In this document: one piece after another, positions 1 to 12,342 of the stretch
Layout: every line of letters starts with the position of its first letter
Numbering within the stretch: the stretch's first letter is position 1
Source: Actinomycetota bacterium
GTDB lineage: Bacteria > Actinomycetota > Acidimicrobiia > Acidimicrobiales > Ilumatobacteraceae
Assembly: GCA_039796935.1 (NCBI GenBank)
Contig: JBDKIV010000240.1
Span: 14,376 to 78,375 of the forward strand
Length of the DNA: 64,000 nucleotides
Direction of reading: 5' to 3'
Notes under the pieces: model-generated
Databases searched by the model: none
Told to the model about the DNA's origin: nothing
Seen by the model: the letters and a program-made list of their open reading frames with translations, nothing else
Translations under genes and position numbers: made by a program

Positions 1-553
1 CGGCGAGCACGGGCCAGTCCCAGCCCTTGTCGACGATCCACTCCGACGGCGGATAGTTGGGCCGATCGGCCGACACGGCAGTCGTCACGCCGATGACCTG
101 CAGGCCCTCGGGCACTGCCCCGCTCGCCTGCCACTTCAAGAGCTCGGGTACTTCTCGGTTGCAGTGTTCGCACCAGTGGGCGAGGAAGACCAGCATGACC
201 GGACCCTTCGAGGGGTCGATCTCGACCGGGGTGCCGTCGAAGGTGTACCCCGACAACCCCGGTGCCGGTGTCCCGACGGCAGGATCGGCTGCCGGGTCCT
301 CGAGCGGGGGCAGCGGCGAACCCGTCACGGTGATCGGCCAGGTCTCTGCCACCGTCCCGGACGGCACGGACCCATCGGCGGGAACGCTCCCCTCGGTCAC
401 CTCGTCGTCACCGCCGGCACCGACGATGGCGACCAACCCGGCGATCGCCACGACGGCGGCGACACCGACCGCGATCCAGAGTCCCGTGCGCTTGGGGGCC
501 GGTGACGATGCCTGGCGCCCGCTCGGACGCGGCTTAGCGGTGTTCTTGCCCAT
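1..553 (-). CDS. Membrane-anchored thioredoxin-fold thiol:disulfide oxidoreductase (TlpA/ResA-like); 3' end cut by window edge
   Basis: My own minus-strand translation from ATG (551-553) gives MGKNTAKPRPSG..LWIAVGVAAVVAIAGLVAIVG (TM anchor)..PVMLVFLAHWCEHCNREVPELLKW. It has a WCxxC redox motif and strong GC3 bias. It is absent from the ORF track because it runs off the window. Confidence 0.8.
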   Translation of the reverse strand, partial: MGKNTAKPRPSGRQASSPAPKRTGLWIAVGVAAVVAIAGLVAIVGAGGDDEVTEGSVPADGSVPSGTVAETWPITVTGSPLPPLEDPAADPAVGTPAPGLSGYTFDGTPVEIDPSKGPVMLVFLAHWCEHCNREVPELLKWQASGAVPEGLQVIGVTTAVSADRPNYPPSEWIVDKGWDWPVLA

Positions 554-1073
554 GGGGGTCCTCCTCGTGGGGAAGTAGCAGCAGGGCGAGCACCGTCAGG
601 AAACCCGCACCTGCCATGAACGACAGGGTGACGAAACCGAACTCACGGAAGTACGGCGAACTGCACGGGGCGAACAGATCGCACGAACCCGTCTCGATGC
701 CGGGGAACCATTCGACGAGATAGTGGTACACCGACACGGCCGTGCCGACCGCTGCGAGCGGAACGGCGTACCAGCGGACACCTCGGTCACGACGGATCGC
801 CCCGACGAGCAGCACCAGCGCCAGCGAGAACATGGCGATCCGCTGGTACCAGCAGAGCTTGCAGGGGATGAAGTTCTGGACCTCGCTGAAGTAGAGGCTG
901 CCGGCCGTCGACACAGCCGCCACGGCGAAGGCCATCCAGCGCGACGACGGGCCGATCTGGTTGAGCAGCGACCGGCCCGACGGCACGAGCCGAAGGACCA
1001 CCATCACCACACTGCCGGCCAACGCCAGCAGCGCCAGCAACGAAAAGAACCGCTGAGCCGCCGACAGGGACAT
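534..1073 (-). CDS. Disulfide bond formation protein, DsbB/BdbC family
   Basis: Track ORF 534..1157. Four TM segments and a CKLCWYQRI motif (CxxC followed by WYQR, typical of BdbC/DsbB). Start placed at the internal ATG (MSLSAAQRFF). It overlaps the downstream thioredoxin gene by 20 nt. Confidence 0.75.
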   Translation of the reverse strand: MSLSAAQRFFSLLALLALAGSVVMVVLRLVPSGRSLLNQIGPSSRWMAFAVAAVSTAGSLYFSEVQNFIPCKLCWYQRIAMFSLALVLLVGAIRRDRGVRWYAVPLAAVGTAVSVYHYLVEWFPGIETGSCDLFAPCSSPYFREFGFVTLSFMAGAGFLTVLALLLLPHEEDPHGQEHR

Positions 1074-1143
1074 CGCCCTCATTCTGCCCGGTGTTTCACC
1101 CGTTGGGGCTTCGCTCGAGCAAGAGCGCTGGCATGATGCTCGT

Positions 1144-1962
1144 GTGATTCCTGTCATCGTCGATGCGGCGTTCGTGGCCGCGCACCCGGATGCGGTGCTC
1201 GCCGACGTGCGCTGGTACCTCGACGGCCGCGACGGCCGCGCTGCGTACGAGCAGGCCCACCTGCCCGGCGCGGTGTGGATCGACCTCGACCGCGATCTGG
1301 CCGGTCACGGGTTCCCTGCCACGCAGGGTCGGCACCCGCTTCCATCGCCCGACGATTTCGCGCGCTCGATGGGGGCGGTCGGCATCGGTGACGACAGCAC
1401 CGTCATCGTGTACGACGACACCGGGGGCATGACCGCCGGACGCCTGGTGGTGATGCTGCGAGTCGTGGGGGTCGCCGCAGCAGCCCTCGACGGAGGGTTG
1501 GCGGGATGGACGGGCCAGGTCGAGCAGGGCTGGGTCACGCCCGTCCGGCGGGCGTTCACCGCTCGGCCCTGGCCCTCCGAGCGCTTCGCGACGGCCGACG
1601 AGACCGGGATCGCTGCAGCAGCGGGCCGCCCGGTGCTCGATGCCCGCAGTGCCGAACGATTCCGGGGCGAGACGACGGTGGTCGACCCTCGGCCCGGGCA
1701 CATCCCGGGCGCACGGAGCGCCCCGTGGAACGCGGTGCTCGACGAGCACGGCAGGTTCCGCCCACCGGCCGAGCTCCGCCGGTACTTCGCATCGCTCGGG
1801 GCGACCGGCGGCGACGTCATCGCCTCGTGCGGGTCGGGGGTCAGTGCGTGCATGAACGTGATGGCGATGGAGCATGCCGGCCTCACCCCGGCGCGGTTGT
1901 TCACGGCGAGTTGGTCGGGATGGTCGGCCGATCCCGACCGGCCGGCGGAGTGCGGTGCATGA
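1144..1962 (+). CDS. Thiosulfate/3-mercaptopyruvate sulfurtransferase (tandem rhodanese)
   Basis: 272 aa. Two rhodanese halves, an active-site loop CGSGVSAC, and RFRGE..EPRPGHIPGA-type motifs. Confidence 0.85.
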   Translation: MIPVIVDAAFVAAHPDAVLADVRWYLDGRDGRAAYEQAHLPGAVWIDLDRDLAGHGFPATQGRHPLPSPDDFARSMGAVGIGDDSTVIVYDDTGGMTAGRLVVMLRVVGVAAAALDGGLAGWTGQVEQGWVTPVRRAFTARPWPSERFATADETGIAAAAGRPVLDARSAERFRGETTVVDPRPGHIPGARSAPWNAVLDEHGRFRPPAELRRYFASLGATGGDVIASCGSGVSACMNVMAMEHAGLTPARLFTASWSGWSADPDRPAECGA

Positions 1963-3620
1963 CCGACACGTCGACCGGGATCGCCGCTGTCCGCGCGCTG
2001 CGGGCACGACGTCAACGCAACCGCCTGGGCGACATGGAGTGGTTCGACGCCGCCTATCGCGTGTACGTGGTCGGTCTGTTCGGCCTGATCGCCCTCGGTT
2101 GGCTGAGCGACCTGGTCGGTGACGCCGAACTCTCGGCGGCCGCGGCGGCCGACGTGACACGGCGCGGACCGGCGGTACTCGGGCTCGTGGCCGTCGCTGC
2201 GCTGGCGGCGGGCCTTCGTGGCGGTAGCCAGGGCGGCCCGCTCGCCCTCGAGGCGGCCGACGTGGTCCACGTGATGACAGCACCGGTACCGAGGCGCGCC
2301 GTGCTCGTGCGACCTGCGTACCAGCGGGCGCGCAGCGCCGCATTCGCGGGCGGTGTCGTGGCCGCGGCGCTCGCTCAGCTCGCAGGCCGGCGCCTACCCG
2401 GCTCGGCGGTCGCCTGGTTCTTCGGTGGATTGCTCTTCGGCGGGGTGATCGGGCTGCTGTGGGTGGCCGGAGCGTTGATCGCTCACGAACGACGGATCCC
2501 CCAGACGACGAGCACCGTCGTCGGGCTGGCCCTCCTGGCCTGGCAGGCGGCAGCTGCCGCGACCGGCACCATCGGACCGGCCGACACGATCGGCAGCATC
2601 GGGCTGTGGGGGTGGCGGCAGGAGCCTGCCGACGCCATCGGCCTGCTCGTGGTGGTGGCCCTCGTGGCAGTGGGGTTCGGCGGCATCGAGCGACTCTCGG
2701 TCGACGCGCTCGCACGACGGAGCAGTCTCGTCGCACAACTTCGCTTCGCCGTCACGATGCAGGACCTGCGCACCGTCATCCTGCTCCGCCGTCAGTTGTC
2801 GCACGAGCACACCCGAAGCACGCCCTGGGTCGAACTACCGATGCGCACCGACGGGCGGGCGGTGTGGCGTCGTGGTTGGCACAGCCTGTTGCGGATGCCG
2901 AGCGGACGACTGCTCCGCATGAGCGCATGCGCCGGTGCTGCCGGGGCGTGCCATGTCGCCGTGCTGCACGACATCACCCCGGCACTGTTCGGCACGATGA
3001 TCGTCAGCTTCGTGCTCGGCCTCGAGGTACTGGAGCCCCTCTCGCAAGAGGTCGACCAGCCCGACCGCACCGCCGGTTTCCCGATCGAGCGCGGGCACCT
3101 GATGCTCCGTCACCTGGCGGCGCCGGCCGTGGCACTCGTCCCGTTCGCATGCCTCGCCGGCGTGGCTGCGGTGACGATCGATGCGCTCGCCACCGATGCC
3201 GAACGGATCGGCCCGGCGGTGGCCACGGCAGCGGTGCTCGCACTGCCGACGCTGCTGGCGGGTGCAGCAGGTGCGGTGGTCAGCATCGTCCGCGACGCAC
3301 CTGACCCGACGCCGAGCGGCCGCCAGGACACGTTCATGCCACCCGAGATGACAGGCTTCACGACCGTGCTCAAGACAGCGCTGCCGCTCCTCGTCCCGCT
3401 GCTGGCCGCACTGGCGATCCTGCCTGTCCGCGCGGCGTTGCCGGACGGGTCCGACGCGGTGCTGGCGGCTGCGACCCGCATGGCGCTCGGATTGTTCCTC
3501 GCCACGGCCGCCGTCGCTGCATGGGTCCGTCACCGCGACCGCGTGTGGCACAAGATCCGAGCCTTCATGGACGAAGGTCGCACCGTCACCGCCCAGCAAC
3601 GAGCAGCCCGATCATCATGA
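1959..3620 (+). CDS. Large polytopic membrane protein, family not recognised (likely partner of downstream ABC ATPase)
   Basis: In-frame ATG at 1959 inside track ORF 1506..3620, overlapping the rhodanese stop (ATGA). About 10 hydrophobic helices. Its stop overlaps the ATG of the ABC ATPase (ATGA at 3617-3620). Confidence 0.6.
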   Translation: MTDTSTGIAAVRALRARRQRNRLGDMEWFDAAYRVYVVGLFGLIALGWLSDLVGDAELSAAAAADVTRRGPAVLGLVAVAALAAGLRGGSQGGPLALEAADVVHVMTAPVPRRAVLVRPAYQRARSAAFAGGVVAAALAQLAGRRLPGSAVAWFFGGLLFGGVIGLLWVAGALIAHERRIPQTTSTVVGLALLAWQAAAAATGTIGPADTIGSIGLWGWRQEPADAIGLLVVVALVAVGFGGIERLSVDALARRSSLVAQLRFAVTMQDLRTVILLRRQLSHEHTRSTPWVELPMRTDGRAVWRRGWHSLLRMPSGRLLRMSACAGAAGACHVAVLHDITPALFGTMIVSFVLGLEVLEPLSQEVDQPDRTAGFPIERGHLMLRHLAAPAVALVPFACLAGVAAVTIDALATDAERIGPAVATAAVLALPTLLAGAAGAVVSIVRDAPDPTPSGRQDTFMPPEMTGFTTVLKTALPLLVPLLAALAILPVRAALPDGSDAVLAAATRMALGLFLATAAVAAWVRHRDRVWHKIRAFMDEGRTVTAQQRAARSS

Positions 3621-4330
3621 GCACCGACACCACACCAGCACGTCGACCCGCCCTGCAGACCCGCGGTCTCACCAAGTCGTACGGGGCTGCGCACGAACGC
3701 GCCGCCCTCGCGCCGCTCGACCTGAGCATCGAGCAGGGTCAACTGGTGGCGCTCGTCGGGCACAACGGCAGTGGCAAGACCACGTTGCTGCGCATGGCGG
3801 CCGGATTGCTCGACCCGAGCGGCGGATCGGTCGAGATCGACGGGTCGCCCCGCGGGTCGATCCCGGCCCGAGCCGCCCTGGCCTACCTGTCGGACCACCC
3901 CACGTTCTACGACGACCTGTCGCTGCTCGAACACCTCGAGTTCGTGGCCCGGATGCACGGGGTCACCGAGTGGCACGAACGAGCGGTCGAGTTGACGACC
4001 CGGCTGGGCATCGAGGAGCGGCTCGACAAGCTGCCCAACACCTTCAGCCGCGGCCTTCGACAGAAGGCCGCGATCTCGCTCGGATTCATCCGGCCGTTCT
4101 CGCTGCTGATCGTCGACGAGCCGTTCGTCGGGCTCGACTCGGCCGGCAAGTCGACGCTGTTGGACCTCTTCGACGAGGCCCACCGCAGCGGGGCCACCGT
4201 CGTGGTGGCCACGCACGAGCTGGGATTCGTGAGTCGCGCCGATCGCCTGATCGCACTGGCCGACGGAGAGCTCCGCTACGACGGTCCGCCGGGCGAGACC
4301 GACGTCCAACAACTCGTCTTCCACACCTGA
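3617..4330 (+). CDS. ABC transporter ATP-binding protein
   Basis: Walker A GHNGSGKTT, signature-like FSRGLRQKAA, Walker B LLIVDEPFVGLD, H-loop ATHE. Start at the internal ATG (MSTDTTPARRP) of track ORF 3521..4330. Confidence 0.9.
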   Translation: MSTDTTPARRPALQTRGLTKSYGAAHERAALAPLDLSIEQGQLVALVGHNGSGKTTLLRMAAGLLDPSGGSVEIDGSPRGSIPARAALAYLSDHPTFYDDLSLLEHLEFVARMHGVTEWHERAVELTTRLGIEERLDKLPNTFSRGLRQKAAISLGFIRPFSLLIVDEPFVGLDSAGKSTLLDLFDEAHRSGATVVVATHELGFVSRADRLIALADGELRYDGPPGETDVQQLVFHT

Positions 4331-4440
4331 CTCGTACGTCGTCACGCCCGCGACGACTCGCAACGATCGAGTCGGTGGTGGTGACGCCTGCCCGCCGAGG
4401 TGGGGCCCACCGGTAGGCCTGCGAGCAGTAGCATCGCCGC

Positions 4441-4947
4441 ATGCAGGAGTTCACGACCGTCAGCTCGTCGACCTACGAACCAGCAGCGCTCGCCGCTCGG
4501 CTCACCGAGAAGTCAGCCGAGGGATGGCAGGTGCTCAGCATCGTCCCGACCGGGGGTGACATCACCGCATTCCTCGTTCGTGAAGCCGCCGCCGCCGCCG
4601 CGAGCGACGCGAGCGCAGCCGTGACGGCAACGGCGGCCGACCCCGCGCCAGCCGCCGCGGTGGCGGCGGCAGCGGCAGCAGCGACCGAGCCGGCCGGGTG
4701 GGCAGTCGCCCCGGTCTCGACCAGCACGCAGGACACCGGCTACACCGCGTCGGCCACCGCAGCGGTGTCGACACCGGCCACCGTGGCACCTGCCGCATCC
4801 ACGCCGGCTGCCGCGACCCCCAGCGTTCCGGCCGGCTGGTACGCCGATCCCTCGGGCCGCTACGAGCTGCGCTACTGGGACGGCACCGAATGGACCGAGC
4901 ACGTGTCACGCGCCGGTCAGCAGTACACCGACCCGCCCGTGCGCTGA
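4441..4947 (+). CDS. DUF4177-like N-terminus / DUF2510-like C-terminus protein with Ala/Thr/Pro linker
   Basis: The C-terminal GWYADPSGRYELRYWDGTEWTEHV is the DUF2510 signature. The N-terminal segment LTEKSAEGWQVLSIVPTGG resembles DUF4177. Confidence 0.7.
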   Translation: MQEFTTVSSSTYEPAALAARLTEKSAEGWQVLSIVPTGGDITAFLVREAAAAAASDASAAVTATAADPAPAAAVAAAAAAATEPAGWAVAPVSTSTQDTGYTASATAAVSTPATVAPAASTPAAATPSVPAGWYADPSGRYELRYWDGTEWTEHVSRAGQQYTDPPVR

Positions 4948-4964
4948 TCGTCGCGCCGCCCCCC

Positions 4965-9555
<4,591 letters not shown>

Positions 9556-10563
9556 TCAGGCGGGCACGGGCGATTCGCCGTGCACCCACACCACGCTACG
9601 CATGGGCATCAGGTCGAGCGCCCAGATCATGTCCATGGCCGGCACGCTCACGCGCACGCAACCGTGCGATGCCGGGTAGTTGGGGATGCTGTTCGACCCG
9701 TGGACAGCGACACCGCCGCGGAAGTACTTCGGTCGGTAGATCTCGCCCAGATCGCCCTCCCACCAGCCTTCGGGGCGCTCACGATCGACCTTCCACAGAC
9801 CGCTCGGGGTGAGCGACACACCTCGCTGGATCTCGCCGGGCGTGTTCTGATCCTCTTCTTCGTACGGGAGACCGTTGCCGGTCGAGGTGTTGAGCACCAT
9901 GACGGTCTTGCCGGCACGGATGACGAACAGCAACTGCTTGGTCTTGTCGACCTCGATGAGATCACCCGTGTCCGCGGTTCCGCGTGCCCGCTCGGGGAAC
10001 ACCGCCAGGTAGGCGGCGGTGTCGGGGTCGACCTCGCCCGACGCCCGCAGACCGAGGTACTTCTGGAACGCCATCACTGCCTGACGCGTGGTCAACCCGT
10101 ACTTGCCGTCGACACCGCCGTGCCAGAAACCCAGGTCGAGCAACCGTTGCTGGACGGCCTTGGTCGCCTCGCCGCTGCGCGAACCCACCGGGTCGATCGC
10201 GTACGCCGCCGGGCCGATGATCTCGACGTTCGGGGCGAGCGTCGTCGTCGGCGCGGGTGGCGCCGTCGTCGTGGTGGTGGTGGTCTCGGCGGTGGTCGTC
10301 GTCGCCTCGGTGGTCGTCGTCTCGTCGAGGGTCGTGACCGGAGCTTCGGTCGTGGTCGGCGCGGCCGTCGTGGTCGGGGCGACCGTCGTGTCGGCTGTCG
10401 AGGGCGGCAGCGGCGAGACCGGGACCGTTGCCGGCACCGCGGCCTCGGCCGTCGGACCGACCTCGGTCGAGCACGACGAGACGAACGCCACCGTCAACGG
10501 CAGCGCGATCAGCGGGGCGACGCGAATGGCCCGGCGAGGGAATCGGGGATTTCGCAACGACAT
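9556..10563 (-). CDS. L,D-transpeptidase lipoprotein with peptidoglycan-binding domain
   Basis: YkuD catalytic motif HGSNSIPNYPASHGCVRVS. PG_binding_1-like VQQRLLDLGFWHGGVDGKYGLTTRQAVMAFQ. Lipobox VSSC and a Thr-rich linker. Start uncertain (ATG 10563 or GTG 10599). Confidence 0.8.
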   Translation of the reverse strand: MSLRNPRFPRRAIRVAPLIALPLTVAFVSSCSTEVGPTAEAAVPATVPVSPLPPSTADTTVAPTTTAAPTTTEAPVTTLDETTTTEATTTTAETTTTTTTAPPAPTTTLAPNVEIIGPAAYAIDPVGSRSGEATKAVQQRLLDLGFWHGGVDGKYGLTTRQAVMAFQKYLGLRASGEVDPDTAAYLAVFPERARGTADTGDLIEVDKTKQLLFVIRAGKTVMVLNTSTGNGLPYEEEDQNTPGEIQRGVSLTPSGLWKVDRERPEGWWEGDLGEIYRPKYFRGGVAVHGSNSIPNYPASHGCVRVSVPAMDMIWALDLMPMRSVVWVHGESPVPA

Positions 10564-10595
10564 GAGGCCACAAGAGTACAACCGCAATTCCGAGC

Positions 10596-11225
10596 TCACA
10601 TGGCAGGCAGCTCGAACCAGATCGTCAGCGAGTACTTCACGCCGCTGACCAGGCGGTTCGTCCGATGCGGATGCGTGACCAGCGACGGCCAGGCCAGGAG
10701 CGACCCGACGGGGAACGACTCGTTGGTCACCGCCTGACGTGGAAACTCGAGCACGCCACCGCGGTAGTCGTCGTTCAGCTTCACCGATGCAGACACCTGG
10801 GCCACGTCGTGGTGGATGCGCAGCTCTTCCTGCTCGCCCAACGCGTACTTGATGACGAACACGTCACGAAGGCCGTAGTAGTCGATGTAGGGCCAGACGG
10901 TGCGAAGGCGCGGCCAGATCCGGAGGCCGAGATCGTCCTGCACCGCCTCGAACAGTCGGGGGCTGATCACCGCGAGCGACACCTCGTGACCGGGCACCGG
11001 GTCGTCCTCGTGCGGCTCGAAGGCACCGACGGCTTCGGCGGCACGGATGATCGTGCGACAGAAGGTGGGTGTCCAGAACGGTGTGAGATAGATCTCGTCG
11101 CCGACCCGACCGAGGGTGTCGTCAGAGTCGTCGGCGGCGCCGCGGTAGCCGAGGATCTGCTGCAGTTCGTCGGGCTGGTCGATGTCGGGATCCACGGTGC
11201 CATCGTGGCAGACGCGACCCGTCAA
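10596..11225 (-). CDS. 2OG-Fe(II) oxygenase superfamily protein (prolyl-4-hydroxylase-like)
   Basis: HHD...(THPH)...K/R facial-triad-like pattern (RIHHDVAQ, LVTHPHRTN, GVKYSLTIWF). There is no internal ATG. The start is probably TTG 11225 overlapping the gluQ stop, or GTG 11195. Confidence 0.6.
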   Translation of the reverse strand: MTGRVCHDGTVDPDIDQPDELQQILGYRGAADDSDDTLGRVGDEIYLTPFWTPTFCRTIIRAAEAVGAFEPHEDDPVPGHEVSLAVISPRLFEAVQDDLGLRIWPRLRTVWPYIDYYGLRDVFVIKYALGEQEELRIHHDVAQVSASVKLNDDYRGGVLEFPRQAVTNESFPVGSLLAWPSLVTHPHRTNRLVSGVKYSLTIWFELPAM

Positions 11226-12157
11226 CCCGTTGCCGCCTCCGTCGACCCGGAGTCGCCCGGGGCCAGGTCCGTTCCGGCCACCCAGGGGGTTCGCGGAACC
11301 CGCGACCACGAGAACCGCTCGACCAGATCGGCTGCCGTCACGGCCTCGTCGCGGTCGCACAGCCCGAGGCTCGACCCGAGCAGCGACCGGACGGCGTCGA
11401 CGGGACCGGCGTCGGCCAGCGTGACCGCACCGTGTCGCTTCGCGAGTCGCTCGCCGTCTGCTCCGACGGCCAGCGGCAGATGGGCGTACACCGGCGTGCT
11501 CAATCCGAGCAGCCGCTGCAGGTGCATCTGGCGTGGCGTCGACGACAGCAGGTCGTCGCCGCGCACCACCTCGGTGACTCCCTGGAGGTGATCGTCCACC
11601 ACCACGGCGAGGTTGTAGGCGGGCACACCGTCGTTGCGCTGCACGACCACATCGTCGACGGCACCCTCGACACGCCCGGCGACGATGTCGTCGAACTCCA
11701 TGCGTTGGCCGGCGGTACGTAACCGCAGTGCCGCGCGGCGGCCCTCACGCTCGAGTTGGCGACGGCGCTGCTCGCTCAACAGCCGGCACGTGCCCGGATA
11801 CGCCCCGTCGGCCATCGACCAACCGTGCGGCGCCGACGCCGCCTCGCGGATCTCGCGCCGTGTGCAATAGCACGGATAGACGAGACCGTCGGCCGACAGT
11901 CGCGCGATGGCGTCGCGGTACAGGCCGAACCGCTCCGACTGGCGTACCACCACCCCGTCATGATCGACACCCAGCGCAGCCAGGTCGGCCAACTGCTGAA
12001 CCTCGTGCCGCCTCGAGCTCGTGACCGGGTCGAGGTCCTCCATGCGCACGATGAACTCGCCGTGTTGCACCCGTGTCGACAACCACGCCACCAGCGCCGT
12101 GCGGAGGTTGCCGAGGTGGAGCCGACCCGTCGGGGAGGGGGCGAACCGACCATGCAT
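11222..12157 (-). CDS. gluQ: Glutamyl-Q tRNA(Asp) synthetase
   Basis: GRFAPSPTGRLHLGNLRTAL (class I HIGH region), truncated GluRS-like length (about 310 aa), LAKRHGA near the C-terminus. Start placed at ATG 12157; the TTG at 12193 is an alternative. Confidence 0.85.
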   Translation of the reverse strand: MHGRFAPSPTGRLHLGNLRTALVAWLSTRVQHGEFIVRMEDLDPVTSSRRHEVQQLADLAALGVDHDGVVVRQSERFGLYRDAIARLSADGLVYPCYCTRREIREAASAPHGWSMADGAYPGTCRLLSEQRRRQLEREGRRAALRLRTAGQRMEFDDIVAGRVEGAVDDVVVQRNDGVPAYNLAVVVDDHLQGVTEVVRGDDLLSSTPRQMHLQRLLGLSTPVYAHLPLAVGADGERLAKRHGAVTLADAGPVDAVRSLLGSSLGLCDRDEAVTAADLVERFSWSRVPRTPWVAGTDLAPGDSGSTEAATG

Positions 12158-12240
12158 GAACCCCAGTGTGGCCGTCGCGAAATTGTTGCTCAACCTCGGG
12201 CCGTTCCGCGCCGAAGACGTTGACCGTGACGACAGGTCGG

Positions 12241-12270
12241 GACAGCGGTACGGACAGCGGTACAGACAGG
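12241..12270. repeat. 12-bp tandem repeat GACAGCGGTAC(G/A) x2 plus a partial unit
   Basis: GACAG occurs at 12231, 12241, 12253 and 12265, in the gluQ / GGDEF-EAL divergent region or in the extreme 5' end of the longest GGDEF ORF. Confidence 0.7.
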
Positions 12271-12342
12271 CAAGCCCCGCGTCGCTTCGGGTCGGCGTGG
12301 CCCCGCCTGGGCCGGCGCGGACGTTCCGGTCACGACACCCCG

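Noticed and set aside
1096-2736. 546-aa minus-strand ORF, extremely Arg/Pro-rich
   Set aside because: It is antisense to the well-supported rhodanese and membrane-protein genes. Its composition is typical of a shadow ORF in high-GC DNA, and it has no recognisable motifs.
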